A stretch of 63,249 bases of DNA, filler included, from Phoronis australis (taxonomy: Eukaryota; Animalia; Phoronida), in assembly GCA_002633005.1 (NCBI GenBank). It is 5 parts of 5 records of this genome, joined end to end, with 100 filler letters (N's around TTAATTAATTAA, not from the genome) between each part and the next. Parts side by side here need not be neighbours in the genome. Positions count along the whole stretch, not along the records: positions 45,935 to 54,624 come from NMRA01001874.1; positions 54,725 to 58,849 come from NMRA01002692.1; positions 58,950 to 63,249 come from NMRA01002629.1; 2 more parts are not named here. The stretch is one strand, 5' to 3'. Of this stretch, positions 47,483 to 61,400 are shown piece after piece. Position numbers and translations under genes: made by a program. The first letter of the stretch is position 1. Every line of letters starts with the position of its first letter. The notes below the pieces were generated by a model that was not told where the DNA came from, did not search any database, and worked only from the letters and a program-made list of their open reading frames with translations.

Positions 47483-50400
47483 ATGGCGACCAGAGAGCGA
47501 ATCCGAGCCAAGAAAAAGAAGGTCACTGCGCGAGTGGCCCCTCAAGCTCCTTTGGACAGTGGTAGGCTTTTTCACTTGTGTTCACTTTGCCCAGGAAAGG
47601 GCAACAGTCAGATGTTGCATGCCCGTATTTTGAGAACCAGTTTGGTGCCTGTTATTTGGTGGAGAAAACTTGTTCTCAAAGTTCGTTTTATGACAATGTT
47701 TGGGATTATTGTTGGGTGGGAGAGACTTCATGAAGTTATTATTATTGTAGGACGGGTGAGACTTAAGGATTACATTGACTAGAGCTAGAAAACAACATAA
47801 TTTGTAATGTTTTTGTGATTTGAGATATTTTAAATCATCAATTTCAGCCGGTTTCTAGCAGACATGCTAAAATGAATGGCCTGTGGCTTGATGACAAATG
47901 TAAAACACTCTGCCAGCTATATCAAGGGGATTAGTTCTGGCTGTAGAGTGTAAGACTGATAACACAAGGGTACCAAGTGTAAAGTCCTTTTAACATAAGA
48001 TCAACTGGTGAAAAAGGGTAAGGGCTGTTCCAGCAAAATCTGTATGGGAGGGGGGAAGGCACTTTTATTTCGTACCCACCGCCCATATTTTTCATTTATT
48101 TCTCCAACCCATGACCCATAATTTTTTAATTATTTTTAATAGGTTAAAATATAAAATCCAACACTTGCAAATGAATTGCCTCCAGGAGGACCTGTTAAGA
48201 ACTTAGATGATTGACAGACAAGAACTAGTTGTCTTGTCCAATATTGTCAAAAACTAAAGTAGCCTGTGAGCAATACTTTTGGCAGCCACCAGGTGTCTCT
48301 GTTCACCATGTGTCTATAATTTCAATGAACATTTTTTCAATTATAAGGATCTATGAATCACAAACTGTCTCCTCGAACTCTTTTATACTTCTATGTCAAG
48401 TGAATATTGGAACTTGTTTATCTTACTCCTCATACTTTTTATTTAAAAATCATCAATTTTCTTATATGTGTTAACACCAGTTTAGTGTTGCATAACTTTT
48501 CAATTCAGTAGGACTGCAGACTAACAGTTGGCTCAAATCAAGTTGCCCATGACTTGATTAATGGCTTAGTGAACATCTTGCACTCTGTTCACTGGCAATA
48601 TGGGCTTTTTTGTATAGGGATAAGTTAGGATATACGTCAATTGAAAATTTTGTGAGTTTTGAGGGCTGAAGTAACCAACCTATCAACATTAACAGGTCAA
48701 AAAATACCACCCATTTTTAATGCATCACTTCTTACAGGAACGACCACCCATAATTTGAGTTTTTTTCTGAAGACCACCACCCATGAATTTTTATTTCTAC
48801 TGCCGTCCCCCCCCTCCCACACGGATTTTACTGGAACAGCCCTAAAATGGTCAATTGTTGAAGATTAATTTTGATCCAAAAGAGAGTTACGCCTTTGTTT
48901 TTGAAATGGACACAGTCTAACACAAACGGGTAAATGGGTATTAGTATTCTAGATGACTAGTTATTTGTCATTCTTGAAGTGAGTAACTTTGGTGTATGTC
49001 ATCTTTGTCTAGCAGTAAACATATAGTTCAGTTCAGAATATGTTAACTTGGACCTCGGCTTGACAATTTGACGCGTTTGCTTGAAATGTGATGACACATG
49101 GAAAGAATGAGTTATGTCTACTGTGTTATCTTACGAATAACGAAGGCACGATTCACTATATGGCAGGGTATTTCTATTATTTTTAATTAGCACTCAAGAT
49201 TTCATAATTTCATGTTGAAACAAGCGATACACTGGTGGAAATTTGATCTATTTTAACTCGCTGTCGCTGAGTGAGACTTTAACTCACAAGTTCATCATTC
49301 TACAGAGGTTTTGTGTAAAAATAGCATCAAGAAGTTTGCGTCTGGTGAAATGCTGGACAGGTGGAATTCCTGGGTATCTATTTTAATTGAGCATCTTGTT
49401 TTCCACGCGGTCTCGTGTACGTAAACTTTTTGGTCAAAATATTCATCGATTTGTCATAATTTCTGTTGCAATTTTGCATAAACTAATCAAATGCAATGAC
49501 CGTGTTTAAACATTCTCTTTGCTACAGAACTCCTTTCTGATGATGATAACAGGACAGAGCAAACCAATGTAACCATGGAGACGGAGCTTGACATCTCCGG
49601 TGTCCCTGCTGCAGACAGTGCACCTAAGGGCAGCATTATCTCTGTGAAGGAGGCTGCAGGCAGCCAAGATCGCCATGGGTTACCAGAGGTATTCGGTGTG
49701 GTAGTAACATTGGTAATCTTGAAGATTGTCCCTAGGCAAAACCCCCAACTTGGATTAAACTGTGCATCCCTTTTGGCGTGCCATGCAACTTGCGAACAAC
49801 CTTGGTGCTAATTCGACTTGCTGAGGGTTTTACTACTATTTTTACAACAAGCACAGAAATAAGCACCATTTTGTTCTTTACCCTTCCTTTGATTACACAA
49901 ATAGAGACTTAAGACTTTTCAAACATGGCTCCAGATTCTAAAACATAGCTCAGGGGTCTGTTAAAAAAATGACTTAAAACTTAAGTCAGAAATTTGGTCT
50001 CACGCTCCACACAACTATCTCTGAAAAAAGGTAAATCTCATTTAAGTTGTAGGAGCTTATTGGCTAGCTTGTACATTTTGATGACTTACTTTTATCAAAC
50101 TGCTATTGACTGACTCTTTTTAGTAAACAAATAAGCACAGCAAAATCAGGAACTTCAACTGGGAATCGAACCACAGGTCTCTAGATTGCCGCTCTAGTGC
50201 TCTTACCATTTAGATACCGAGGGCCTGATATCTGTGCAATTACTGTTTGCAGCCAACTGTTACAAATGTATGTCATCCATCCCATGAGTGACATTTTGCC
50301 TTTTTCACACAAGATTTGGACAATTATATATATTAAGCAACAATTTAACAGTATGTGTTAATTATATATAGTAAATATAGATGCTGGTGTTGGCCAATAG

Positions 50401-53400
50401 TGAATCAAATAAACAATTAAACACAGGAAAATCAGGAACCCTAACTGGGAATTCGACCACAGATCTCTAGATTTTCAATTGGGGTTCCTGATTTTTCTGT
50501 GTTTGTTTATTTGCTTCACTATTGGCCAACACCAGCCATTTAGCAAAACAAAGGTTGTTCCCTAGCAAAGCAACGGTATTACTTGTACTAACTTGGATAA
50601 ATTTCACCCGATATAAATGTTCAAGATGAAATCTCCTAGATAATTTTACAGGTTCCTAAATTATCACTTTATTTTTACAAGTCCAGGTCTGTTTTGATAC
50701 TGCGTCATGTAAGTGGTGCATTTTAAAAACAATTTGTAAACTGCGTTTTGGAAAACTCTGCATAATTATCTGAAAGTTTCATAAACATCCGGTCAGTCAT
50801 TTCTGTCAGATTCGTACATTTTTCTGAGGGTGTTAACATAACTTATCAGCAAAAGTGTCTGAGAATGTAGGGATGAATCCTAGTTACTGAGATAATTTCT
50901 AAATTTTTTTTGTCTGTAATGCACTTACCTAATAATTACTTGGCTAAACTTTTTTTCAGCTATCGTAACGTGGGAGCGCAAAACAAAATTTCTATTTTAG
51001 GTCTTAAGTCACATTCATGAAACAGACCCAGAGCTTTTCAAATATGTCACCAGCATACCACACATGGATGGGGATTTTCAAACATTACGCTGGGCCATGT
51101 TCGAGCTCCTGATGGTAGAATATGGACAATAACTGTAGTTGAGTACTAGGATTTAAATTGTACCATGTAGACAAAAGCAGATCACTCGCAAATAATAGTC
51201 GGCATTCTGTGTGGGAGTACCTGTTCAATCCCCAATTTGCTGTACACTTTTTGGGATTAGAACACTGATAGGTTCGACACAGCACATATATTGCACCATT
51301 ATCTTTTCCGTACCTCAAGATGTTGTATGTAACATTTTTACAAGGTATTGAGTTCATTTAGTTCAGAATTCTTTTTACATGTGTTCTCAGGATGAACGAT
51401 CAGCCAGTCAGCAGTCGGGCAAGTTTCGCACATCAGAGATTGGCACCCCTGAACCCGCTGGTGGTGGCAGAAGCACGACCCCCGACACTATTTCGCCCAA
51501 GCAGGGTCTCTCCCCGAGCAGCCGGTCTGCCAGCCCCGTACCTAGAACCTCAAGCCCTTTGCCTGGTTCCCGTCCCACTACGCCGGGTTCTCGTCCTGGC
51601 ACACCCAGCAGCTCCCTTCTGCCATTTCGTCGCCACAATGCCGTGGAACCCACGGATGCAGATGTAACCTCTAACGTCGGTAGTCAGGTGTCGCTGCGAT
51701 CACATCAATCAAGAAGTATGCAATTTGTTACAGCTCTTATGTTGAATGCCGTAGAAATTTTGTCTTTAATTGCTAAAAGGTGGAGTTTCAAAATGAAGGA
51801 TAGTTCATTGTTGCTTTTGCTCGTTTTTGTTGTGGTCAAATATCAGCCACGTTCCCCTTTTTAAAATTATTTTAAAATCACACAAAATTTTCCATATCAG
51901 GTCCAAAATTCCACTTTAATGATTAAAAATTCCCCTCAAATTTAGAATCCTTCAGTAAAACGTTAAAACATTTAGTTTCGGCTACTTGAAGCTGAACCAC
52001 GAGTTGTTGACCAGAGCATTGGGTGGAATTCATGTTGAACATGTGGTGGATTATCCCTTCGACCAAAAAATTCCCCTCTCAGAAGATTCAGGCACCTTTC
52101 CCCTCAGGTTGGCGAGGACTTGTTATGTCTGCAGTAAGCACCTACCATGTACGAAGACAAATTGTTATGCATTTAATACTGCGTTGTCCATAGTAAAAAG
52201 AATGTTGAGGTGTGTTTGAGGTTCATGCTATTCCAACATGACAAACAAGGTTACACTTCATTGATTAATAACTGAAATGTTCTAATCCTAGATTGTTATG
52301 TTATCAAACATTCAGCTTTAAGTGTAAATGAATGAACTCTTCCCAGGGATTTGTGTATTTAAGGTCAATGTGTAAATCCAGGAGATGGCGTTTTTTGGAC
52401 CATATATGCCTGTGCATTTATTTGACAGTTCAGAATATTCTTGTAGGTGTGTTAACATGGAGGTGTAATGCTGACATATGATCGTTCTCTGCTTTCTAAA
52501 AAAGTTTGATTATTAACATTATGTGTCTGTTTTCATGATTGTGAAAATTGTGAAGGTGTCAGAGTTCAATTTTGCATGTTTCCTAATATGCACCCAGGGC
52601 ATATTTGCCTTGTAATTGGTTGCGTTTTGGCTGAACTGTTTGTGTTGGAGCTTTATTGGTTCATACATCAAATGAAAAATATGCCTCCATCATCTTTGTT
52701 GTAGCTGCTTGGGCTGATGAAAATGAGAATAATGAGATGGTTGCAGCCGATTCGATGGAGCGTGGCAGTGCTAAGTCACCTGGTGCCAGCATCATAAGTG
52801 TGTCTGAGGCTGCGAAAGACCAAAGAGTGACCAATGTCGAGGACACAGGTCAGTTAAACACTGGTGTTCAAAAATACTCTAACGCGCCACTTTAAGTCAC
52901 TCTGAATTAGATGACGCTACAACTCCATCTACCAACCACTGCTGTAACAGTAAAAATTCTCCAATTTGGGATAATGAAAAATTAATTATTTCATTCAAGG
53001 TAGGAGCTTGTTCCAAATCGGCCTTTCCAAATTCAAGAATCACTGGAAAGAGCAAAATTTGAATGCCAAAATCACCCTCGTCCCAAATTCCAGAATCAAG
53101 AAAATTTTAAATTAATTTTTGCATTGAGTTTCTGCGTGCCAAATCCTAGAGACTGTCCCAAATTTTCGAACTTTTACCGTAACTCTGAATGATGCTTGGT
53201 TATTGAGATTTGATAGCATTGGGCACAGGCATAAGTTCTTTTGTGACTAGCTTCTTTTGTTTGTCGTGGGGGGAAGAGAGAAGACTGTCTGGTTCTCTTT
53301 ACACAATGGACTGACTTGGTTTGTGCATCTAATAAATAGCCTAACTGGAATTTTTATCATAATGGTCTAAATACTCTAAAGAATTTGGAAATACAAGAAG

Positions 53401-54331
53401 GTCTCTTGCTGCCCAAGTTGGGGGTACACTTGGCATGTTGTGAAACCCTTTACCATTCCTAACAAGTGACTTATTGCGTCCTACAAGACCTCTCACCACA
53501 TAGTACATAAAACCTTTACCATTGAAAGTGAACTTTTCTGGGATAAGAATTATTTGTGAGTGGTATGAGTTTTTGTTGTTTACGAAGAAACTGTTTCGTG
53601 CAGAGTGTCAGTGTTTCTGCCTTTGTTGTGCATGACAAGAATTTGATTACCTCCCCTGTAATGAACCTTGACCTGTCAACCTGGGCTTGGTAAGAACAGA
53701 CAGTTTTTCATTGCTTGAGGTTTAGTTTGTTGACTTGACTTGAGATGGCAGCATAGTTTATGTACCAACCATGGTCTCGGGCACTAGTGAGCTGAATACC
53801 CCAAAAGTGCTTCCTTTAGCTCGGAAATCCTTCCTCATCTGAGTGAGAAACTGGTTGATGATGTCAATTTTACAGCTGCAGAAAGTGATCTTTGATGACC
53901 GAATGGGGGTGTATAACCATTTTAAGTGACACGCAAATATGTTAATTAAATAAATATGTTAATTAAATGTTAGTGTTGCTAAAATTTCATCAAACTGAAT
54001 CATTTTTTTTATAGTTCTATATTGTCGAGTTACATTTTTTGATTTCAACATTTCTCGTTATGCACATGAATGGAGTAAAATTGATCGTGAACATCCTTTT
54101 TAATCCTTAACCTCTCTCTGCCTTTCAGACGTGAAAAGTGTGCGTAGCAGCAGCAGCGCTTCACTATCGCCCCCTAGCATGAAGGGTGAACAACAGGCCT
54201 ACATCCCGTATGAGTACGCTCGCACCTGTATTGCTAAGATCATGGACGACATGAAGAGAATGAAACTAAGCCATATCAATATCGTTCATAACATTGAGTT
54301 GAACTACAAGGCCATCGAGGATGAGACTCAG
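47483..54331 (+). CDS. Uncharacterised protein, 3'-partial: basic N-terminus, disordered Ser/Pro-rich region, then a helical segment
   Basis: Five exons with compatible phases and canonical splice sites: 47483-47561, 49528-49688, 51391-51715, 52705-52848, 54129-54331. They give MATRERIRAKKKK...SRPTTPGSRPGTP...YIPYEYARTCIAKIMDDMKRMKLSHINIVHNIELNYKAIEDETQ. No further exons were found beyond the gap at 54625. Confidence 0.8.
48022..48842. mobile_element. PIF/Harbinger-like MITE
   Basis: TIRs GGGCTGTTCCAGCAAAATCTGTATGGGAGGGGG / CCCCCTCCCACACGGATTTTACTGGAACAGCCC, with a TAA duplication at 48019-48021 and 48843-48845. Confidence 0.8.
50141..50536 (-). repeat. Inverted copy of the tRNA-module repeat plus a derived palindrome (50383-50536)
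   Basis: Reverse-complement match to 30985-31128, followed by the foldback GCTGGTGTTGGCCAATAGTGAA...TTCACTATTGGCCAACACCAGC. Confidence 0.7.
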
Positions 54332-55466
54332 GTCTGTAGTGGGCAGATTGTACCATCTGGTTATTTGCCAGCAGCAATGTTGACAATGGACAATTGGCAT
54401 TTGCAGTGCTGTCAGCAGTGGTATCTGCTGTTAGCGGTGGCAGAATGAATAACTGACATTTTTGATTATTTTGCTAGATGGCGTTCTACAATGTCTGACA
54501 ATTTGACGCGATGTGCAAATTTTTTTTGTAATGAAAATTACACCAATTTCTCAACATCATATCTGGGTCCTCGGTGCCTCGATTCTGATGCGAATATCAG
54601 CTCTATTCCCCATTTGAAAAGATTNNNNNNNNNNNNNNNNNNNNNNNNNNNNNNNNNNNNNNNNNNNNTTAATTAATTAANNNNNNNNNNNNNNNNNNNN
54701 NNNNNNNNNNNNNNNNNNNNNNNNAATAAAATTTCACCTGTCCTCCATGTTGTGTCCTAAATTGGCAAGATTTTACTGTACCAAGCAGATATCGTGGAAT
54801 CATGATGTGGGACCAACTTGTGCTTTTCTCTAGTTAAGGGGACCAGGCTTCGTTGCTTAGGTACTCAACATCATTTTTTATGACCAGAGTTGTCTGGTCT
54901 CTGCTAAGTACTATTCTGCTGTTTTCTCTTTTTAGAGAAATGTTCTCCACTTGAACAACACAAAGTATTTTCCAATCTGGTTTTCTGAAAACTTCTGTAA
55001 ACAACAAGCTTGCTTAGCAACCTTTTGTATGTTACTGGGTAACCTCTGTGTGTACTACCATCCATCTCTGTCCTGGTCATGACCCATGACCCTTGCTCTG
55101 TGACCTTTTGTTAGTGTTTGTTTTGTCTGAAGGCATCCCCAGATGACATGTGCAGATCTTGGTGACTGGTGGAAGTTGCTGCTCCTCTAAATGTGTTTGT
55201 TTAAAATGCTCCTGCAAAATATGAAATAGTCCAGCTAACAGGCCGTGCACAGGTAATTTTTAAATGCAGTTTGCAACCTGTTGTAAAGTTTGTGAAGCCC
55301 AAGGCTGTGATTAACAATGTAACATGTTCTGGTTTCAAAAATAACTATTTCAGTACCTGTTTTTGCTCTTTCCAAGAGTAACCTGTGTAATTCCTGGAAT
55401 TCCTAACCTTGATACAGCTATGGAGCAATGTGAGTAAAGAATGGTGTTGAAAACTGCACTCTTATC

Positions 55467-55763
55467 AGGGGCGGATCCAGGATATTGATTTGGGGGAGGC
55501 CAGGGCACAGGAATAACCAGAATTTCGGCAGATACGCGCCCCAGCCTAATTGTAGGGATGCAGGGGTCTCGAATTTTTGGTTTTGCGGCCTTTTTGACTA
55601 AAAACAGTAAATGAGGTTTGTTCAGGGCCTATGCATTGTTTATTCACCCCCGAGCCCATGCGCGCATGTGCTAGTCAGCAATTCGCACCCGAATTGCCAA
55701 ATGGTAGCTAGTAGAATTTTAGGGGGGCCACGGCCCCGTTGGCTCCCCCTATATCCGCCACTG
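55467..55763. mobile_element. hAT-like MITE remnant (CAGGGGCGGATCC...TATCCGCCACTG)
   Basis: Short imperfect TIRs with subterminal G/C runs. Related decayed ends occur near 25121-25250 and 40823-40838. No clear TSD. Confidence 0.5.
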
Positions 55764-55806
55764 CTTCTGGGAGGATACTGAATTGACCCTCTGTGCTAAA
55801 AATTGC

Positions 55807-56454
55807 GGTTATTGTTTACAATCCGACTCCATTAACGTACCTACTTGATATTAACATTTTCTGAATCCTCTCATCAGGGTGATCATGGTGATTCCAAAAA
55901 TGTATTACTTGTACCGATTAGGCTCTTTTTATTCATGCATTCACCGTTTTTACGAGGTGCTCATTTGCGGCAGCCGATCTCAAGTGACCGCCATTATAAA
56001 ACTGTGACACCTGTCGGCAGGAATCATAACTACAACGATCATGCGTGTGTCAAAAAGACCCCAAAATTGGCGAGCATGTTGAAGATAACGCGTGGCATGT
56101 TAGGGAAACTCTGAGTAAAAAAACAGTAATAGTCATTTATATAGGATTCCCTCTTCAAAACTTCATTAGAAAAAACATGAGAGTATGTGTTCTTGCGGAC
56201 AAATGTCGCCCTCGAAAACACTTGACATCTCGCGGTTAACCGTTAGTTATCAATCCTGCCGACAGGTGTCGCACTTTTAAAAATGGCTGCCTCACTAAAT
56301 CCGCGTTGCAAATGAACGCCTTGGAAAAACTTGGAAATTGTGAATAATAATCGACCAATCAGTACAAGTAATGCATTTTTGGAATCACCATGACTAGAGC
56401 ATTTAGAAAGTATCAAGTATGTACGTTAATGGAGTCGGATTGTAAACAATAACC
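55807..56454. mobile_element. MITE with long TIRs and a probable 8-bp target-site duplication
   Basis: GGTTATTGTTTACAATCCGACTCCATTAACGTAC is inverted at both ends, and complementarity continues for about 200 bp inward. Flanks are AAAATTGC / AAAATTGT. Confidence 0.8.
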
Positions 56455-58198
56455 AAAATTGTTATTTTGTTATTCTGTTGCTAAACTTGTTAAGTGATCA
56501 TAAAGCCAAGGTTGGCTTTCTTGAGCGCCATGTGATGTAGTCGATAAGAGTGTCACCTATTGGGACTTCTATTAACTGTACGTTTTCCTCAAGGTTGCGT
56601 ACATTTCACAACAAGTCTGTTAGTTGCTGGGATTTGTTTCACTAAGTCTTTTATTGCCAGCAGTCCGTTTTTCAGAGTCGCAATTTTGATTCCTCGAATT
56701 AGTTACAATTTCTCTAAAGATTACATAAAAATAAGAGTAAATGGTGTGTGTTTGCTTGTCACGGGCAGTTTCAAAATGCAAACTTGTTACAAACCGGAGA
56801 ATAGTGCAAGAAAAGGATTTTTATCAGATTTTTTTTACTTAAGACAACTGTAACGAGCAAGGTTAGAAACGGTTGAGACGGAGATTTTGCCAGCCATAAA
56901 TGAAAGTGAACTAGAAGTTCTTACTTTGCCTGCAATTTTGTCAAGGAAAGGTTTTTGCAGAAATGTAGAATTTATTCACCTTGAAAGTTTATACGAATCT
57001 CATCAGTTATAAAATAATCATCCTCTTTTCTGTTCACGTGACCTACTCAAGAATTTGCTGTCCCAAATTAGAGGTGTATTTGCGTGCTGGTAACTATGCT
57101 AATGTATAGGTGGAACTAAATGAAAATACTATTTTAACATAATTTATGCTGAACAAAGTGCAGTTATATTCATTGACAATTTGTAAATGTGAAAATTGTG
57201 TAAATAGGTGACCTTTGCACTAATGACTTATCTTGCGGGCTCTCATAGCCCTCATTGTGCAGTGTTGTTCCCCAGCACCTCATCATGGTACTTACTGGAC
57301 ACGGTTCAATGTTTTGCGGCAAATAATTTTTGCCACAAAACTCGTGTCTTAAAAACATTTGGCAACTTGCAAGCTACTTCATATGCACATGGTCGCTATA
57401 AGTTGTGCTTCTAATTAGCCTGCAAATTCCAGTTTAAAGAAATCTGTCGTTTAAAAATGTCAGTTCCAAAAAACCAACTTCATGGTCCTTCTACAAATGA
57501 AACCCTGGACGACTGCCCTCGTTTTCAAATATGTTTCATACGAATAAAAACTAGGTTGGTAGGTGTGATAAAAATGACTAAATTTTAGTCTGTTATCCTT
57601 TGACATCGTTTCTCTGGTCACAACCTTTACATTTGTACAGAGGCACTTCATTCATTTGAGCATCGCAATTCTTGGCGCAACATACTAAATTTTGGAAAAT
57701 GCAAGCTGAGATTTTAGCCAACTTGTGAATAGTCAAGTCAAGTTGTTTACACTGCCCTCCATAACCAACAATAACACAGACAACTCATGAATACCCTTAT
57801 TTTATAAATACCATGTGTCAAAAGCAGTTACCTAAATGAATTGCGTATGTCAACACTTGACTTTTTTCTCTGTTTGTTAAATCTGCAAAATTTCACAAGC
57901 TTGAAGTTATAAGTACATCCTGAATTCTACAAGTGCAGCTCGTGACTGAAATTTTGGTGGACCCCAATAGTGACACTGTTGACAAACAGCCTTGTTCTGC
58001 ATCTAAGCTGTGTTGTCCAATGATGTGAATTTGGTCATTTTGTAATGTAAACATCCTGTTGAACTTTGGAGTGTCTTGCAGTGGATTACAACATGGGTTA
58101 TTCAGCTGTACCAGTGGAGTATGCTGGTTACATAATGATCACCTCACAGGAAATTAAATCTGGTCCAAGAATAGACACACTGTTAATCATGAATGGTG

Positions 58199-58477
58199 GT
58201 GCCCACTGTTGAGTGAAGACCAACCATTTGTTGCTGGTCTTGAGAAACTGGCTGGAAATAAAGAATGTGTAAACATCCTCACTTAGACATGGCATCACAT
58301 GTTTTGCAGTAGAGATGCTGTTGGTGGTCATTGTCACATGCTGTGACAGGTTGATCAATTATTCTAAGCTGAGTGCCCACTGTTGAGTGAAGACCCACCA
58401 TTTGTTGATGGTCTTGAGATACTGGCTGGAAATAAAGTATGTGTAAAGGTCTTCACTTAGACATGGCATCACATGTT
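58199..58477. repeat. Direct duplication of about 105 bp
   Basis: GTGCCCACTGTTGAGTGAAGACC...CACTTAGACATGGCATCACATGTT at about 58199 and 58373. Confidence 0.9.
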
Positions 58478-61400
58478 GGACACTTTGTGTGTTGAGTTGC
58501 TATTGGTATTAATCAGGTGACTGGTCTAACACTGGTAGTAAACATGTATGGGTCATGGCTGTTTGCTCTTCGTCAATAAGTAGGTCATGCTAGACTGGCA
58601 GCTAAATCTTGTCTATTTTATTATATCATACACTGCATCTGAACTGTTCACAGTATTTAAACTTAAACTAAACTGTACTGTAATATGTTGTGTCTGAATA
58701 CAAGGTTGACCAGTTTGGATTGATACATTGTGTTGTAAGCTGTGTAGTAAATAGGTCAAATAGCTGCTGGCAGTTCATATTGTTCATATTGACCTAGCCA
58801 ACGCAGCTATTATTAATAGTTCTAAGGTTGGTTGGTAGACGGCGCTGGTNNNNNNNNNNNNNNNNNNNNNNNNNNNNNNNNNNNNNNNNNNNNTTAATTA
58901 ATTAANNNNNNNNNNNNNNNNNNNNNNNNNNNNNNNNNNNNNNNNNNNNATGTTAATGAAAGCCATCCTGAGCAATAACCAATCAGTGTCTGATATGGTG
59001 AGTACCAGCTTGCCAGCACAACCCCAGCTGGAACCTCACTTGCTAAGCACCGACTTCAGTCAAATATTCCTATTTACCGATATCAGTCGCCTGCCAAAAT
59101 CAATTCTGTGTTCATAATTGGTGAAAATTAAGGAAGGAATATTACATAATATTCAGTAACAGATTGTACTAATAGATATTTCATTCTCATGACTGGGCTC
59201 TATCCTTACAAAAGTCCTTTACCCACTGAGTTAACTCCACTACTAGAGGTGCATGGTCATTAACTGCAGTCAACTTGAGCTTTCCCAACAGTTATGATAC
59301 TTTAGCCAACATTGACATTATTGTCTAATGGTGCGCGGTGTGCATTCAGTAACACTAGGACTTACACTAGGACCAAGCTAAAATCTAGCCAAAGTCACGG
59401 GTTCTTATTTAAAATAGCATACACGGCTCACATTATCTCATGAAATCTTGCTTTTTAGTGAAGTCCTAGCAACAAATTAAAACAGATTTAAGTATACATG
59501 TTTTTTTTTTGAAATATGAAGAGTTGAAACAGAAAAGAAATGCTTACGTTGAAACAATAGTGAATACCATAACATTCGTAATTTCCAACGCAAGTATTCC
59601 TGGTGTATCAAAAGTGCATAAACCCACACTTTTACTGTGAAGTCGCAATGCGGTTCCAACTTAAGTCCAAGAGGGAATTTCAACATGTTTCCCACTGACC
59701 AGCGTCCTTTGAACACCAAGCCATCCAAGTTAGTGGGAAAGGGCCTTAACCATCATACAACGTCCAGCTAAACTACACCAAAAGCTGTTCTAAACAAGGG
59801 AGACAACTGCCCCTGTGATGAACTAATTAACACAACTGCACCATGCGATGTAGGACCCACTGGAAGGGGGCACTGGGATATTTAAGAACATGCCCTAAGA
59901 TTGAAGGGATCCATTTGTTGGGATCTTACGAAAAAGTATTCTTTTCGTATGAAGAGTGTTTTAACATGATTTTGTAGGGGATACTGACCTTACAAATTGT
60001 TATTATTTATTGAACTAGAATTGATTTAAAACATTTTGGACTAATTCTTTTAATGCATCAAACCGTAATAAAATGTGAATCCATTCCCTACAATTCTGGA
60101 ACAAAGAGCTCAATGCAGAGAAGTTCATTGCCAGCATTTTGAAGTGATATTGCTAGCACTCTAGTCACTCATGTGAACCCTGTATTATCTAGACAGACAA
60201 GCTGTGCATGTGAAGGTGTAATTTCCGCCAGCAGATAGTTTGTTTCCTCACCACTCAACCACTATTAAGGGAAAATTGGTGTCAAAACACCTTCACTCTC
60301 TGCCATAAATTGATTAATGCAAGATAAATACAGGCCTCTTACCCCTGCCCATGAGTGCACTTTGAAGTAAGGGTCTGGCTACAAATTTAGTGCTAATGGA
60401 AACAGTAGCATTCTGAGGTAATTCAAACCACGAGCAAAGCCTTAGCAAAAGTGGCACTTGTAACGTTCTCACGTTACTGGCGTTTTTGCTACAAGCAGAT
60501 GTGGTTGCGAATACAGTAGCATTTCAACCAATGGCTGAGCTGGATAAATGACTCTATTTTGTGTCGTCACATCGTTCTTCCAGCAAATAGGTTGAGACTT
60601 TACCAAAGCATGAGCTGGCTTCAAATTAACTAAAGTCATTACATCTCAAGAATGACCAAAAAAACTAATAACACCAATTTTAAAAAATTTAAACACACCA
60701 ACAGTACCTCCCAACACCCAACGCNCCCCCAGCAATCTAACAGTAACCCCCCTCGGCCGGTGTTTTAGAGCTTGTTCAAAAGTTCGGACTGTTCAGACAG
60801 TTCTAAACAATGACTTACGAGGCGTAAGCAGGGTAGAGGAATCCAATGAAATTGCACAGGAACTGTGAGCCATATCCAACCAACAGGTAGACAGCGCAGA
60901 GTGCAATCAAACCTGCAACAAGACAACACACCTGTAAGCATTTAGAAATAGCACTTAGGAGGAGAGTGTACTAAACTACAATCCCTATCTTGGTTCACAC
61001 AAAGTCACATCAGGCAGATGATAAACAATGATCACTCTTATCATCATTCATAACATTGTTCATGGAAAACTTGTTTTGATCATGAATCGTAGCTTAGCGA
61101 AAAGATAGCCTCTCAATTATCACGATGGATGATAACTTCAACCAGTTGCATCGTAAAACATCATTCTAATATGAATTCATAGAAGTGGAATGATTCAAAA
61201 GAAAAATCTTTAAGATGAATTATGACCAACTAAAATTGTCATTGGTTAGGACTTTGAACTCTCATTAGTGAGGCCCACTTTAGAATCTTGCATTTACCAA
61301 TAGGTGCTTCACAAGTATTTTCTACACCATATTTGTCCCAAGTTTTAATAACCTACAATCACCAACAGATGGCAGGTTTCACATGCATCAACAAATGTGA

